Assembly (NCBI RefSeq): GCF_011386835.1
Contig: NC_088792.1
Location: forward strand, 153,078,001 to 153,142,000
Direction: 5' to 3'
Length of the DNA stretch: 64,000 nt
From: Chrysemys picta bellii
Lineage: Eukaryota
Made by a program: the position numbers and the translations under genes. Positions 25,308-39,124 of this stretch are shown here, piece by piece (position 1 is the first letter of the stretch; each line of letters opens with the position of its first letter). Below the pieces are notes generated by a model. It was not told the DNA's origin. It worked only from the letters and a program-made list of their open reading frames with translations, and searched no databases.

Positions 25308-25532
25308 ATGTCTCTATGGTTTGTTAATCCATTAATGTCTCTTTAACACACTAGAATAAAAAGTCGTGTCCCCCTCCCCCAATTAGCTTCCCTTAAAATC
25401 ATATGTTTCTAGTTATAGACATTTGTTAGTGGTGTGTTGCCAATATGAATATGAAACTTCCCTGGTAATTTCCAGTTTACTGCTGAGATCTCCTGTGGCT
25501 GTTATGAATGCCAGTCTTCAGTGTCACCTGTA

Positions 25533-25720
25533 CACCTCTACCCCGATATAATGCTGTCCTCGGGATCCAAAAAATCTTACCGCATTATAGGTGAAATCGC
25601 GTTATATCGAACTTGCTTTGATCCACTGGAGTGCGCAGCCCCACCCCCCTGGAGCGCTGCTTTACCACGTTATATCCGAATTCGTGTTATATCGGGTCAC
25701 ATTATATCGGGGTAGAGATG
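25533..25720. mobile_element. Tc1/mariner (Tigger-like) MITE with TA TSD
   Basis: TA CACCTCTACCCCGATATAA ... TTATATCGGGGTAGAGATG TA. Confidence 0.88.
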
Positions 25721-26603
25721 TATTTTGTCTGTGTTCTGTAATTGGCAATTCATCCTTCTTCCTTACCCCATAAGCCCTGATCCTGAAAATTGCTCCTACG
25801 GGTGGATCCTTATATCTTCTCAGAGCCCCACTGACTTCAACAGGGTGTTCAGCACTTCGCAGGATAGGCCCCAGCTGACAGCGTCCCAATGTGCCACAGG
25901 AGACCAGTAGCTTTAAGATATCTGAAATGTTACTTAATGTTTCTTTTACACAGAAATGAATGGTGTGTAGTCTGATCTATGGCTGACAAGCCTCTTCAGA
26001 TACTTGAGCTCAGCTACTTATTTATCTCAAAAAGGTTGTCAGCTGCATCTAAAATATCAGGCTTGCTTCCCTGAAATCATGGGCTCAAATTCTCCTATGA
26101 GCAACTCTCTCCTTCTTTGCAAAGTAAATACCATAGTCTGTATGTCTTTCCAACAAGACCTTAAACCAGGCCAACAATTGTAAAAGCCTCCTCATTCCAG
26201 TCTTGACTTAAACAATATCCAAAGATCCATCAGGGGTTTTTTTTGCAAGAGGGGAGGGACTCTCGCTCTTCTCTTGGCTAATGTCTAGCCCATTCCACTA
26301 TGCAAGATTCTGACTTGGCTGCTGCTCTCACAGCTCCAGAGGTGGCTGCTGTCCTGCGGTGAATCTGGTTTTCTGCATGTAGGTGGTTAAAACACTTTTT
26401 GGGATCCTTCACTGCTCTCTCTAATGGTGGGAAATTTTCCCCGCCAGAATAATGTTAGATGTGGCTACATGCAGGATCTGCAAACTGCCCTTTCAGTACT
26501 AACTGGATGGTAACAGGAGTGTGACAGTATTAATCTAACAGTCTTGTGTGTGTGCTGTTTAATGCTGTCGTTGCTGTGGCCTGATGGCTGTTAATCTGGA
26601 CAG

Positions 26604-26714
26604 ACTCGCTCACTGGGGAAGATTCTCTACTTGACTGCTCTCTGCTTTCTAACCCCGCTGCTGACCTCTTGGACGAGTTTGCTCCTATAGCTATTTCAGC
26701 TCAAGCTCACAAAG
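26604..26714 (+). CDS. AAK1: AAK1 exon, 111 nt, phase 1-1 ([37 protein letters not shown])
   Basis: CAG acceptor, AAG|GTAACC donor; [18 protein letters not shown] matches human. Confidence 0.95.
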
Positions 26715-29700
26715 GTAACCTGCCACTGGGCGTTTTTGTCATACCTGTCGTACTTGATGTTGTAGGGTCAGATCCTCAGCAGGTGTAACTCAAAATCAGT
26801 GGAATTATGCTGATTTATACCAACTGATGATCTGACCCATATTCTTTACTGGGCCCTGTTGCCTTGTCCCCTGACTTGGTAACACTTGTAATGTACAGTG
26901 TAGCCTTTAATACTGGGGGCATCAAATTACCAACAGAAAATATGAAAACCGTTCAGCATGATTCTGCAAACAAATGCACTTAAGACTTACTTGCTGTATA
27001 TTTTTTGCGTGTACATGTGTGTAATAGTATTTGCCTTAATGCTCCAGTATTCATAGGGTGGGTGGGTGGGTGGTTGGTTGGTTGACCACGTGTGCTTTTG
27101 AAACCCTGTGCTTCCCATCTCGAAGAGCCACTGTTTGATTTGTCTGTAGCATAAGTCCTCTGTGACTTAGTATTGCCAGATTTCAGGAACAGGTCCTCTT
27201 CCCTGAAGCGTTTAGCTAGAAAAAGCCCATGAACCAAGTCACACTAATTACAGAAGTGACTAGGTGTTCAAGTGTAATGTACAAACCGAAAAGTTTAGTG
27301 GGGTATACTTGTGGGAGGTGGGCTGGGGAACCTGAACTGCAGAGTAACAATGGGCTAACGTGTTGTGGCTATGAAGAATTGCAATTCTGGAGGTTGGCCT
27401 GAGCATTGTCTAGTGGCTAACGAACATGCCTTGGCGTAGGAGATCCGAGTTCTGTTTCCAGCTCTGCTCTTGTTGTGTTGTGCAAGACCTTGCATGTTTC
27501 ATTTACCATCTGTGCTAGGATCTGAATATACTTGAGGCTTGATTTCCTCCCCCCCCCCCCCCCCCCCCCCCCCCGCAAAGTTGCTCACCATCCACCACTC
27601 CAGTGAAGTCAGTGGGGGTGAAAATTAGGTCCTCGGTGTATTTGGATCTGGAATGTTTCACCATCACTCATTAGTTCAGAGCTTCAAGCACAGGTTTTAA
27701 AATGTACTTTTCCTGCTGTGATCTTCCAGTTTCCTGCTCTGTGCTGAAGCGATCACCGTAACATCTCCAACTATTAGAAAAATGCCAGGCAATGAGTAAT
27801 ATGCAAATAAAATGTGGAGTGTATCTTGGATGGTAAATACCTCTCTACAGGGGTTTTTCCTTCATTTAATGCATTGAAAAGACAGGCCCAAAGAGCGAAA
27901 TACTAACCTGGATTTGACCTCTGGGTGTCTGTTCACACTGAGGTTTGTTTAGCTCAATTGATAAGCATCCCTATGGCAACAGAAAATGTTCAGTCCCTAG
28001 AGGAAGTGCAGTAGAAATAGTCTGTAATCAATTTTTACAGTCAATGGCATTTTAAAATGAGATTGCATTTTTCATAAAGCTTCTGGGTTTAAACAAGCAA
28101 TTCTCCTAATTACTCATTGCAACAGTAAACTTCCCTGCCACTTTATTCTGAGTAAATGGCTTGAAATGTATGTTCACTGGCTATTATTCTGTGATGGAAC
28201 TCAGCAAAATGGAAGCTCAAAATGTTGGACTTCAATAAGAAATGAGAGAATGAATTGAGACTTCTGCCTGATTTCCCACTATTTCTATTGCCTTGAGGGC
28301 AAACGTGGAAATCTCACTTTCCCTTTCAAGGTTATTGGACACATAAGGTTTATATCTTTTTCCAAAACTCTTGTCTGTGGCTTTTCTACAAAATCTTTAT
28401 TATTATTATTATTTATTATAGCTCTGGATGATCTCCTTATCCATATAGCTGTCCGATCCTTTTTTTAATCCTTTTTTTAATTCTTTGCTTCAGTGAATCC
28501 CGTGGCAATAAGTTGAACTGGCTAATTGTGCACTGTGTGCAAAAGAATAATCAGCCTGTGGAACTCAATGCCGCAAGATATTATTGATACTACAGACATG
28601 CCTTAATCACGTCAGCTATTGGCTCTTGGGAACTTTGATAAATGTAGAAAGATTTTAAAAAATGGGTTGGATGCTTATATCAATAACAATAATATCCAGA
28701 GATGAGTTGATGTTCTCTCCAAACCGCTGTATCTTATTCAGCAAGTTACACTAGAGAATTCAAATGTATTGCTAGGTTATATTGTGTTTCTTAGGCTGTA
28801 AATTAGAACCCCTCAAGACTTGGTTGTCATTACTTTGCATTTACTCAACAAAAAACTGAATCCCGGATGTGTGGGATGGGAAAGACTGTGACAGAATAGT
28901 GTGTGTTTATTACTATAAATAGCTGAAACAGTGAGCTGAAGAGAAAATGCATCTCTTAACGAAACCCATCCAAAAGTATATACTTGCTTGCATTTGTCTC
29001 ATCTTGAGAAGATGCCTAAAATGAGTGCAAGTTTCAACAATCTTCCCTTAATGCCTACAGATGTAGATGGCTAAATGTATTACAAACTTCTGTTGTCTCA
29101 AAGCTATCAACAATTATGGATAGAGCAGAAAAGAACATTGGTTGGCTCAAAAAGGTGCTCAGCTATTTGTCTGATTGCTGAAGAACACTACTTCTAAGCC
29201 AAGCCATAAAGCCTACTTGCATGATCCTGGCTTGTCTGCATGTTCATTCTGTAGAAACATGTGGTTTTCCCCTTTATACTCCTAAGAGCCAGGTGTTTTC
29301 ACAGGGTTTCCTTCACCTGCACGGCCAAAATCTAGTAGGATATCTATCAACTTCATCTAAAGGGATTTTTTTGTATGAGTGGGAGAATGCTTCTGGTCAA
29401 CAGAACCTATTTACTCTTATTCCCTGAGCCATAGCGAGGGAATATGCTTCACATAGGGTCTGAGGACCAGATTTTCCAAGGTACTTAGTTACTTAAAGAA
29501 GCAGAGAGGCATTTAGTGGGATTTTCAAAAAATCCCTAACAAGTTTAGGCACCTAATTCCCATTGATTTCAAGCCCCTATTTGCCTTCTTTCCCACGGGC
29601 AATAACTCATGTATTGGCTCATCTGATTAATCGGTCTTGGACCTTTTGTACACCTCCCTTGTGCCAGGCTGCCATCTTTCTCCTCAAAATCTCCCTTTAT

Positions 29701-30176
29701 ATATGTGGTCCCATGACCAAAGAGGTAGACTGTTTGCTGGAACTGTACTGGTGTTTGAGAATAAGAACATAAGATGCAAAAGAATATTTTCATTCCTCTT
29801 TCCTTTGCCCCCTGCCCCCCTATTCTTGCTGGCCATGCAGTGTGCCAGTGTAACCTCAAACCATGTTTTCTAGCATAGCTAGGAAAGGTACTAACTGCTA
29901 AAGCATTGGGTTGGCCAAATTTTATGTTGGTTCTCATTAATTGGTTCAGCTGAGTATGTGCGTGTATGTTTTGGGTTTGGTTTTTATTTTTTTGCTTTTG
30001 AGTTTGACTCTTCACCTATTATCTTCTTATAGACTTACCAACTTTATTTCAACTTTTTATTTAAACTCTTACTTTTTAACCACTTAAAAAAAACCAACCC
30101 TAACATTTTTGGCAATTCTAACATGCTTTTTTTGCTATCTTTGCTTCTTTACCTGCGTTTCTCCTTTACACTGCAG

Positions 30177-30281
30177 AAGATACTAATCTGATATCAGGCT
30201 TTGATGTTCCTGAGGGCTCTGAAAAGGTGGCAGAAGATGAGTTTGACCCTATCCCAGTGTTGATATCCAAAAATTCACAAG
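30177..30281 (+). CDS. AAK1: AAK1 exon, 105 nt, phase 1-1 ([35 protein letters not shown])
   Basis: Pyrimidine tract + CTGCAG|, AAG|GTAAGC donor; matches human [30 protein letters not shown]. Confidence 0.95.
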
Positions 30282-30654
30282 GTAAGCGAGGATTTTTAAA
30301 AAGAACACACATGATGGCAACCAGTTTATTGGGCAGTCATGCTAAGCCGTACACCTAAATTACACGGAAACCATATCTCCTTAGTTATCAGTGAGCCTAA
30401 TTCTCCTCTGGCTTATGCCAGTTTGTCTTGCTCCATTCTTTCAGGTTACTCCTGATTTTCAAACATGGGGGGTGGGGGGAGAGGAGAATCGGGCCCAGTG
30501 AGATAGGATAATACAATACTGAGAAGGATTCATTCACCACTTGGTCACAATGCCATTCACTCAAATTTGGCCTGGCTGCCCCACTGTCATGAATTAGAAG
30601 GCTTACTTTGCCCCATGAAGGCCTTATTGTGTGTAAATCTTGGCGGTGGCTGCT

Positions 30655-30765
30655 ACCTTGTCTCCCTCACCAATAGAAGTCCGTCCATAAAAGATATATT
30701 GCCTGACCCACCTTGTCTCCTCTAATATCCTTGCCATTGACACGGCTATAACAACACTGCATACC
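30655..30765. mobile_element. Penelope-like terminal fragment
   Basis: CTTGTCTCCCTCACCAATAGAAG..ATAAAAGATAT..CCCACCTTGTCTC..ACACGGCTATAACAACACTGCATAC resembles a common turtle Penelope tail (recognised from memory). Confidence 0.55.
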
Positions 30766-30906
30766 ATAATACCCGTAACATAGAATAGCTTAGCTCAGCT
30801 TAAAGTTGCTTTCTCTGGTTGTTCTTTCTTTGCTTGTGCTTGAACATCTGAAACTAACCTGTGTGTGTCCTGTGCAATACTGAATTCCTATCTCTCACCC
30901 TTTCAG

Positions 30907-31001
30907 GTGGGCATTCTAGAAACAACAGTGGAAGCTCTGAATCCAGTCTTCCCAACCTAGCCAGGTCTTTACTGCTGGTGGATCAGCTCATAGACCTGTA
31001 G
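30907..31001 (+). CDS. AAK1: AAK1 canonical terminal coding exon ([31 protein letters not shown])
   Basis: TTTCAG| acceptor, TAG at 30999-31001; near-identical to the human AAK1 C-terminus with its clathrin-box-like LIDL. Confidence 0.97.
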
Positions 31002-33277
31002 CAGTGACCCAGTAGCAGATGCAGTTTCTGTAACGTACCTTATCTACATTTTCATTTCCAGAGGAGTTAACCTTCAGGTTTTTTTGGGTTTTATTTAAAA
31101 AAAAAAAAAAAAAAATCTGCAAACAGAAGGAGACAACCCCCTATGTTCCCATCTCCCGGCCCAGGAACGGATTCTATTTCTGTCCCACCTATTCCCATAG
31201 TCCGTCCTTCAGCTCATCCCTGGTACAATCTGCTATGGTTCCTTATGCACCTGTCTTGGCTAGCATATGTCTAAAGGAAGCACTACTCCTCATTATCCAC
31301 TCTGCTGAGACTTACACATAGCTCCACCGAAAGCTTAACTGTAAATGAATTAGTTAATTGTAGTCTATGTATGATCCTTGCTAGAAATGGCATACAACGG
31401 ATATTTCTTTTTCCTTAGGCTAGAGTGCTAACATATGTGTTTAACCTTAGAGGGGAGAAGGGAGGATTTCCGACAAATGGGCAAAAGGAAAGGACACATA
31501 AAATCACTAGCGCTATTCATCTCCTAGGTAGGAGACAAATTAGGAGAAGATGTTTTTAAATTGGCAATATATGCTTCAGAGGGGGAAAAAAAATAAATTG
31601 GGCATTGCTGCAGTGGAGCTGCACGGTAAATATGGTGATCATGTAAATTGAGAGGGTTTTCCACACCCCCTCTAAAATGATCCTGCTCACGAACAGATTG
31701 TGCTTTCTCAAAAAAGAACCCCAAATGTTAATGATAGAAAAAGGACCCCAAGTGAAATATTTCAAAAATTGAGAACCAAATACATGCGAGTATGGCTGTA
31801 GTGTCTTTATACTGAATGAACTGTTAACCGAAAAGGGCAATGTGGCAGCAGCGGATGTATTTTCCTGTTATTTTTGTGTGCGTGCGTGTATGTATGTGTT
31901 TTTAGATTAAAAAAACAAGCTGTAAATTGTGTACAAACCAAATTGTCCAACAGTTGTTTTTTCTTAACCTGGGTTTTAGTCAAACGTCTCGTATCTGTTC
32001 TGGGTTTTTCTCTTTTCCCTTGTAACTACATATAGTGCAACATAGTTAAGTATGGAACCATTTTTCAGTAGACAAGTTACTGTAAACTTTATTCAGATCT
32101 TCAGTCTTTGTAGAACAAGCATGCACTCTCCTCAAACAGTTGGAAATGAGTGCTGACAAGCTAGATACAATTTGATGGCATTTACCTTTTTCTTTTTACC
32201 TTGACATGCTTAGTTTGTCAACTAACTGGATACGCTAAACTTGTTTTCATTGGCTTATGATCTTAAAGTCCAGCATTCCTATCATATATTTGAAAATTCT
32301 TCCTGAATAAAAGGACTCTTCCTCTGTAGTGGAATAATTACTAGCTTACTGCTAACCTTGTGTATGTGTATGTAGCTGTATTAGTACAAGTGCAGACTCT
32401 CATGTGCGAAAGTATGAATGACTAAATTATAGATGTATTGACCTCTCCCTGAGAGGGAAAGACATTAAAGTCTGTGAGCATTTCTCTCCTATTTCCAGTT
32501 TCACCACTATTCCCCCACCACCACCACCAACATTTAGTTTAACAAATTCTGTAAATAGAACTAACCATCAATTGTCTGCTCTCCGTTAATCTTCTTTTAA
32601 AATCTACACTTCATAATAAAAGTATTGCTTAAATGTGTTGTATCATTACATGTGTAATACTGCACTTTCCAGAAGAAGCTTTACATGAGAGAGCTATGGA
32701 AATGATCTTAGTAAAATTGTCAATAGAATTTTATTTTTATTTTTTGTTTGTTTGTTTTTTATTCCTAAAGCAGGCAAATTGGACTGGAGAACATGAAAAA
32801 GCTTTAGATAGAAAGTTATTGTATAGCCAGATACTGAAAATACATGAAAAGAGAATGGATTTAAAAAAAAAAGTAACCATCTACTGTATATTAGAAACCA
32901 AGAGATTTCTGTGAATTAAAGTACTTTTAAAGAATGTTTAAGATTTTAAATCTAATAGTTTGTTCAAGTGTTCTGGAATCAACATTATAAAAGCACTGGG
33001 TTGTTTTGGAATGATGCTATTAAATAAGCAGAGGTATATGTTCTTTTTATTGTTTTTAAAATAGCTATTCATGGATCTGGGAGGGAAATGCAATACAATG
33101 GAAGCATAATCCTTTATAAAGGTGTATGATTTAGACCCAGCTCATAAGAAAAGACTTGACACTGATTGTTAAGGAAATGTTACAGAAGAGATGTGTGGAA
33201 TGGAAAATGCAAGAGAAGTATGAAGACTTCATTTTCTTTAAAGGAGATGGGGGATTAATTTTAAAAACTGCCAAAAT

Positions 33278-33477
33278 GGGGGAGGGATAGCTCAATGGTT
33301 TGAGCATTGGCCTGCTAAACCCAGGGTTGTGAGTTCAATGCTTGAGGGGGCCATTTAGGGATCTGGGGAAAAAATCTGTCAGGGACGGTACTTGGTCCTG
33401 TTGTGAAGGCAGGGGACTGACCTCAATGACCTTTCAAGGTGCCTTCTAGTTCTGTGAGATAGGTATATCTCTATATT
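33278..33477 (+). mobile_element. Complete turtle tRNA-derived SINE with CR1-like tail, inside the AAK1 3'UTR
   Basis: A box TAGCTCAATGG, B box GTTCAATGC, CR1-like 3' part, TTTT at the end. Confidence 0.9.
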
Positions 33478-35234
33478 TTAAAAAAAATGGTTTTAGCCTG
33501 CAAACATTAGGTTCACGTGGTGTAAACTGCCCAATTGGGAAGAAGTTGTGTGAAAATTGCTAGCAAGAAGGAAAGGCACAGAGTGAACTGTCATCCAGTT
33601 TCTATGCCAAAGAATTTGGCATAAGAATACAAGTTTACTAACCACCATAAAGATGTTCTATTATAGTCATGAAAACAAGAAGGGGGACAAGTCAAATGCT
33701 TATCTATCTCCTCCAAGGTTTGTTCCTCCATCTGTTGTCCCCAAATGGGTAGAAATCTATGCTGAGTGAAATGACACAAGATGATTCTCCTTTTTCTGCT
33801 AGTACATGTTGTTGATTCATATACCGATGAAGGAACCATCACATCCCAATGTCCTTGGGTCACTAGTGCAGTTCTTGACATTGGTTTCCTTGGTACCTTA
33901 ATGGATGCGCCTACAGGATTTTATACTTTCAAATGTAGCCACCATACAAAAGTCCGAGCAACTCCCCTTTCAAGGCAGAGATAGGACTTTGCAATCTTCA
34001 TTATCACATCAGGAGCAGGATTTATTTGTGGACTTCCAAGTTACTGCACAAACTGGTGAACAGTTAAACTTTGAGCCCCACAAAACAATTGATCAAAATG
34101 GATGCGAGTGTCTTCAAGTGGCAAAGGTGACTGGGTCAGAGCTTCTGGGCTCTATTACGACACATTGCAAGGTGCATGTGATCGTTCCAGCAAATCCCAG
34201 CTATTGTGTGGAGGGGACTTCTACTGATGATCCTGCTACCGTTTAAAAAACTTATTTTAACCCCCCATCCCCCTTTTCCACAACCAGCCAGGAGCTAGCT
34301 CTGCCTAAAATGGTTTTTCCATAAAGCCATTTGAAAAGGCTGCATCACTGAAATACAAGATCCGATGAGAACGGGGGGCCCAGGTGAGCTTAGAAAGTTG
34401 AGGGGTGCATTGGCAAACCCCAGATGTGGAGCCTGTAAGCCACAGACCTCAAAGAGGGACACAAACATGGGATAAAGCACAAACATTCATGACTTGGAAT
34501 TAATTTTCTTCAGCGGCATTTTCGGTTTAAAAAAAATAATTTCCTGGTTTTTGTTTTTGTTTTAAATTGTGGAAGGAATTTATAAGAAATCAGCCTTGGG
34601 TGTGGTAAATCTGGGTGTAAAAGGAAGGGATGTTTTGAGAGATGTGGGATGGAAATAATCGATCCAAATTAATCATGTAGCAACTTTGCATCAAAGTGTG
34701 GGCACTGCATGCTACAACCACTTCATCCTAGCAGAAAACTGAGTTTTGGAATAATGAGGTTAGAACTGTTCCTTATAGATGGAGGCCAGCTGTTTCACAC
34801 ACGGGATTAAATTCACTTGTGTGCAAAGGGCATGCACAAATCTTGTGCACCACATAAGCCCTCTTATATTTTTTTTTTATTTATTTTTTAAAAGGACTGG
34901 AGTGGTGCATAGGCCTTGTGCTAGTCTGCTCCACCAGAGTGAGATTTACCCATACTAAATCAGCCGGGTATTCCTCTGAAGCAATCACAAACCATTCTTT
35001 AAACCTGAACTATGTGTATCTGAGGAGTCTAATTGTCTCAGCTTTATCTAAAAAGAAGATTTATTCACAATTTGAGTAAGCTTTATTCTCCACTACTAGG
35101 ATCACTTAAACATGTATGAAGTGGGAATAAAACTCTTCCTAATCAGAATGTTTTATACCTGCTTTTACTCACTCTGCAGGGGAATAAATGGCTGCACAAG
35201 ATGCCAAACAGAGGAGACACAAATCATTATCTTT

Positions 35235-35460
35235 GGGGTAGTGTGGCCTAGAGGATACAGCAATGGACTGGTCCTCAGAAGAGCTGGAGTCTCTTCCCAG
35301 CTCTGCCACTGGCTTGCTGGGTGACCCTGGTCAACTCACTTCACCCCTCTGTGCCTAAGCTTCTCCATGTTTAAAATGGGGGGGGGGGAATGGTACTGGC
35401 TTCTTTCTGTAAAGTGCTTTGAGATCTATAGATCAAAAGTGCTATGTATGAGCTAGATAT
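35235..35460 (+). mobile_element. MIR/CORE-SINE in the 3'UTR
   Basis: CORE GGGTGACCCTGGTCAACTCACTTCACCCCTCTGTGCCT. Confidence 0.8.
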
Positions 35461-38400
35461 TTATTATGATTACTGCTCCCTTATTTTTAACCTCGACGGG
35501 CATTCGAGTACAAAGAAAGAATACACCATCTCCTCAATGAAGGTGAATAAGGGAAGCATTGATCACTTTTTATTTTTTTTATTTTTTATTTTTTTTAAGA
35601 TCACAAACAAACCTAGCCAATAGCCATATGTTCCAGCTATTGTATTAGTTTTACCCAGTCAACATCAGATGATAGGATCTTTATGGCTTTGTCTAGATAA
35701 AATGTTTGGTACAAAACAGCAGAATTACTGCATTGAAAGGCAACTTCAACTCCGGCAATACCTGTATTCTTTCAAACGTTCTAATTGTAGGGCCTGATCC
35801 AGTGTCCTTTTAAAGTCAATGAAAAGTTTCCCATTGACTTGAGGCAAAAGCTGTTCAGTGTATTTTTTTTTGTTTTCTTGCGTTAATTATTCTAGTAGCT
35901 TGCAATCACTGCACAATGTTCATAAAAAGAAGAAAACCGTTCAAGTGTTGATATATTCTAACCTGTAACAAGCTGTCTCTTCCCTCTCACACGCTATAAA
36001 CATTAAGGTTATTACAGGCTTTATATGTTGCTAATCTATGCAAACTAAAGTCTCAAAGCAGCAGTTATCACATAGAGGGGTTTTGTTTTGTTTTTGTCTA
36101 TACTTACTGTAGCAACGTGAACTACATCTGTTTATTGTGAGTATTCTACACTGCGGCATTGTGCAGATCCTGATCTATCCCAGGATGTATATTTTTAATA
36201 TATACCTTCTCTCTGAAGAAGGTAAAGCAAGTCGATGTTCTCGGGGAGTGTTTTTCTTTAGTACAATGTTTGAGTCTAAAAATTTCTACCAAGTATTGTA
36301 TACAAGGGGGAAAAAGTTATCTAATCCAAGTTCTATCTTATGTAAACATCTTAAGGAATAAAGTCTTCAACTATTACTAGTGAGCATGCTTAGAAATATT
36401 CTAACTTTACAAGTATGGACCATTTTTCTGATTGGATAACTGAAGGGCAACTGCCCGTTGGCAGTGTTAATATTTCTTGGCATGCTAAAGTGTTAGAGTA
36501 TCATCTCCCAACAAAGAGAGGTTGTGTGCATCCCATTCTTGCACAACTTTATCGAGGTTGGCAACTGGGCCTATAGATGATGCCAAAAAACCGATGTGTG
36601 GAGATTGAGGATGTTCTGTGTGTTCATAAAAGGCAACCAAGCATCTTGTTTAGCTTGCTTACCGATAGTGTGATTGGAAACAGTGCCATGAAATAGGATT
36701 TCAAAGCTAGTAGCACTGTCGTAATTTTACTAAGCCTGCCCTTTACATTCTAACCACAGCTATTTGTGGAATGGTCCTTTCCACCCTTCACCCATGACAT
36801 AGAATGAAATGGCTGGTACCCTTTTAAAATAGAAATCGCCTTCCCTTGAGTGCATCAGTCACATTGGTCTCTCTTTGACCTGGGATGGGAACTGTTGGAC
36901 CGTCCATGTTGGACACTATCTATAGGAGCTAACTTAAAGGATCCACTTGCACTTATGTTTACATTGCATGCTCCTCCAGACTAATCAACGGCAAAACCTG
37001 GGGCTTGGGCCGAATATGACTGTCTTCATGTTCCTGTCACAGGGTTGCTTGTTAACTTTTACACCACCTTCATGCAGACCTTGAGCACTTCAGAGTCTAA
37101 CTTTATCCTATCTCCCTATTTTTTTTTAACTCACTTATATAAAAACTATTTATCTGTAAGAACAAACCCATTGGCCTACTGCCCCTGTCCAAAAGGGGAC
37201 ACACCTAAATATTTCTAAAAAGCTTGGCAGTTTAGTTAGTTATGGGACTGGTGCACTAGCTACTCTTGTAACTAATCCTTTACTCTTCTCTTAGTGAAAT
37301 GCACTGAGAGAACCAGAGAATTTAGAACGTGGGCCTGGATCCTTCATCAATGTTGAATCCATTGTGGGGTGGAGTGATTGTGTGTGTTTTTTTTTTTTTT
37401 TTTTTTTTAAAGGTACTGCTACAAAATTCTCACTTTCTTCCTTCAGGAAAAGATGCCGGAAAATTTCCCTTGGTGACTAATGACGGTAGAACTTTGTCCT
37501 TCTCTATTAATATTGCCCTCACAACTAAAATGTTAATTACCTTGTAAAAGCATTGAACCATCAGAAGTTACACTGAGGGGTGGCTGGCCCCTCTCTTGGA
37601 CAGTGCTGTCCCAACTAAGCAAAGGTGACACCTCAGACTTGCATACCTTGCTGCATTTCTGCTCATCTTTCTTTGTCATATGATAGCAATATGCTAAAAT
37701 ACAGTGGCTGGCCATTTAAAAAAATAGCTAGTATCAGAGGAACGTTAACTCCTCATGGTGTAGGGGAGCCAAGTTTTCCCCACTTGTAGTTAGAATAGGA
37801 AACAAGTGTGGTAGCATAGATACTGGTGTGGTAACCATTGGCAAATGTTGAGATTCTGATGGCAATCACTGTACACTTGAATAGAACTCCACTTTTGTCG
37901 ACACATGGCGTCTCAAGTGGCACACCTATACACACTTGTTTGTCTTGAAAATCTTTAGTATGCTCTAATTCTTGTAGTACCTTCCAGCAACTATTACATA
38001 GGCTCGGGGTGAAACTGGCCCCTGTGCAAGAGGCCAGCACAAGATCTAGGCACAGTGTAAGCACTGTTTTGGGCACTGAAGTCTTGCTAAATGATGATGC
38101 AGAGGCCTTTGACCTGATCTTCTGCAGGGGGTGAATTTCTGTCCCGAATGTCCAAGGCCATCCACACTTAAGCCTAAGTGTGAGGTATTGACAAGTGGAA
38201 GGCGCAGTGGCTACCCAGAAGAGCATCTACATCCCTTGCATGCATCTCTGCAGGATGTAGACCTAGCGCAGAGCCACTGGTCTGGCATGGGCTGAAAGCT
38301 GGGCACGTGCACAAACTGCGGCTGCCCTGACAGTCCATAGTTTGGAATACTGCATAGAACAGCTGCTTTGCCGGGCTGAAGCTAACAACAAGGGCAGAGA

Positions 38401-39118
38401 GCAGAATGTCATGGAACAAATTATGCTAACTTCAGAACCTTGGCAATGTAACTATCCGGTGCTGTTTCCATATTCTGTTCAGATGGATGCTGCTACTGTC
38501 CTTAACTGATTGGGGCTTAAATTAGATTGAACCTGTTTTCCCTCCTATCTCTATCTTTTTATAGATCATACTCTGTACACCATGATTGTAGATACAGTGT
38601 TATCTGCATAATCTTGTAGGAAAAATCATAATTCAGGTAAAATGATTTGTCTAGTGAAATAGTGGTCTACAAAAATATTGAATAGTTTGCATTATAACAT
38701 TAATTACAGCGAATTCGCATGTATGTTACATCTGTGATGATGCATGCTCATGATCCTCTTTTCTCCCCCCCACCCCCTTCCTTATTTTCCTGTACCACAT
38801 CATGTTCCAATGTAAGGCTTCTGCAAGTCTTGGTCTTTGTCAGTTGCTGCTTTAAAAATCACACAATACCACCCAGCGTGGGCACTCAGTAAATATATAG
38901 TCAACCTCTTGAAAGGAGAAAAAAAAATCTATATAGATAATTAGACCTTTTTTGTTACTGTAGTCAAACTGAGATTAGTATTTAAGTTTAAATCATTCCT
39001 GACAGCATACGCTTCAGAGAAGGTAGACAGTATTTTTGTACAGTATCTTATAAAATGCTCACCTATATCTACACTGCTTTACTTTACAGTGTAATGTATT
39101 TTAAGTGAATAGTTTCCC

Positions 39119-39124
39119 AATAAA
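39119..39124 (+). terminator. Candidate distal poly(A) signal of the canonical AAK1 isoform
   Basis: AATAAA with TGTA motifs upstream and GT/T-rich sequence downstream. Confidence 0.55.

Noticed and set aside
27549-27574. 26-nt poly-C run
   Set aside because: Simple homopolymer of uncertain assembled length; no supporting context.
33278-33355. tRNA-like sequence (also at 54338)
   Set aside because: Imperfect cloverleaf continuing into a CR1-like tail: a SINE head, not a tRNA gene.
33591-34246. Overlapping ORFs (113 aa and others) that look coding-like within the AAK1 3'UTR
   Set aside because: No convincing in-phase acceptor, in-frame stops just upstream (TAA at 33899) and no recognisable homology. 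tBLASTx against other vertebrates would be needed to show a decayed exon.
37753-38226. 157-aa minus-strand ORF
   Set aside because: No recognisable domain, splice signals or poly(A)/TSD; likely a chance ORF antisense to the UTR.
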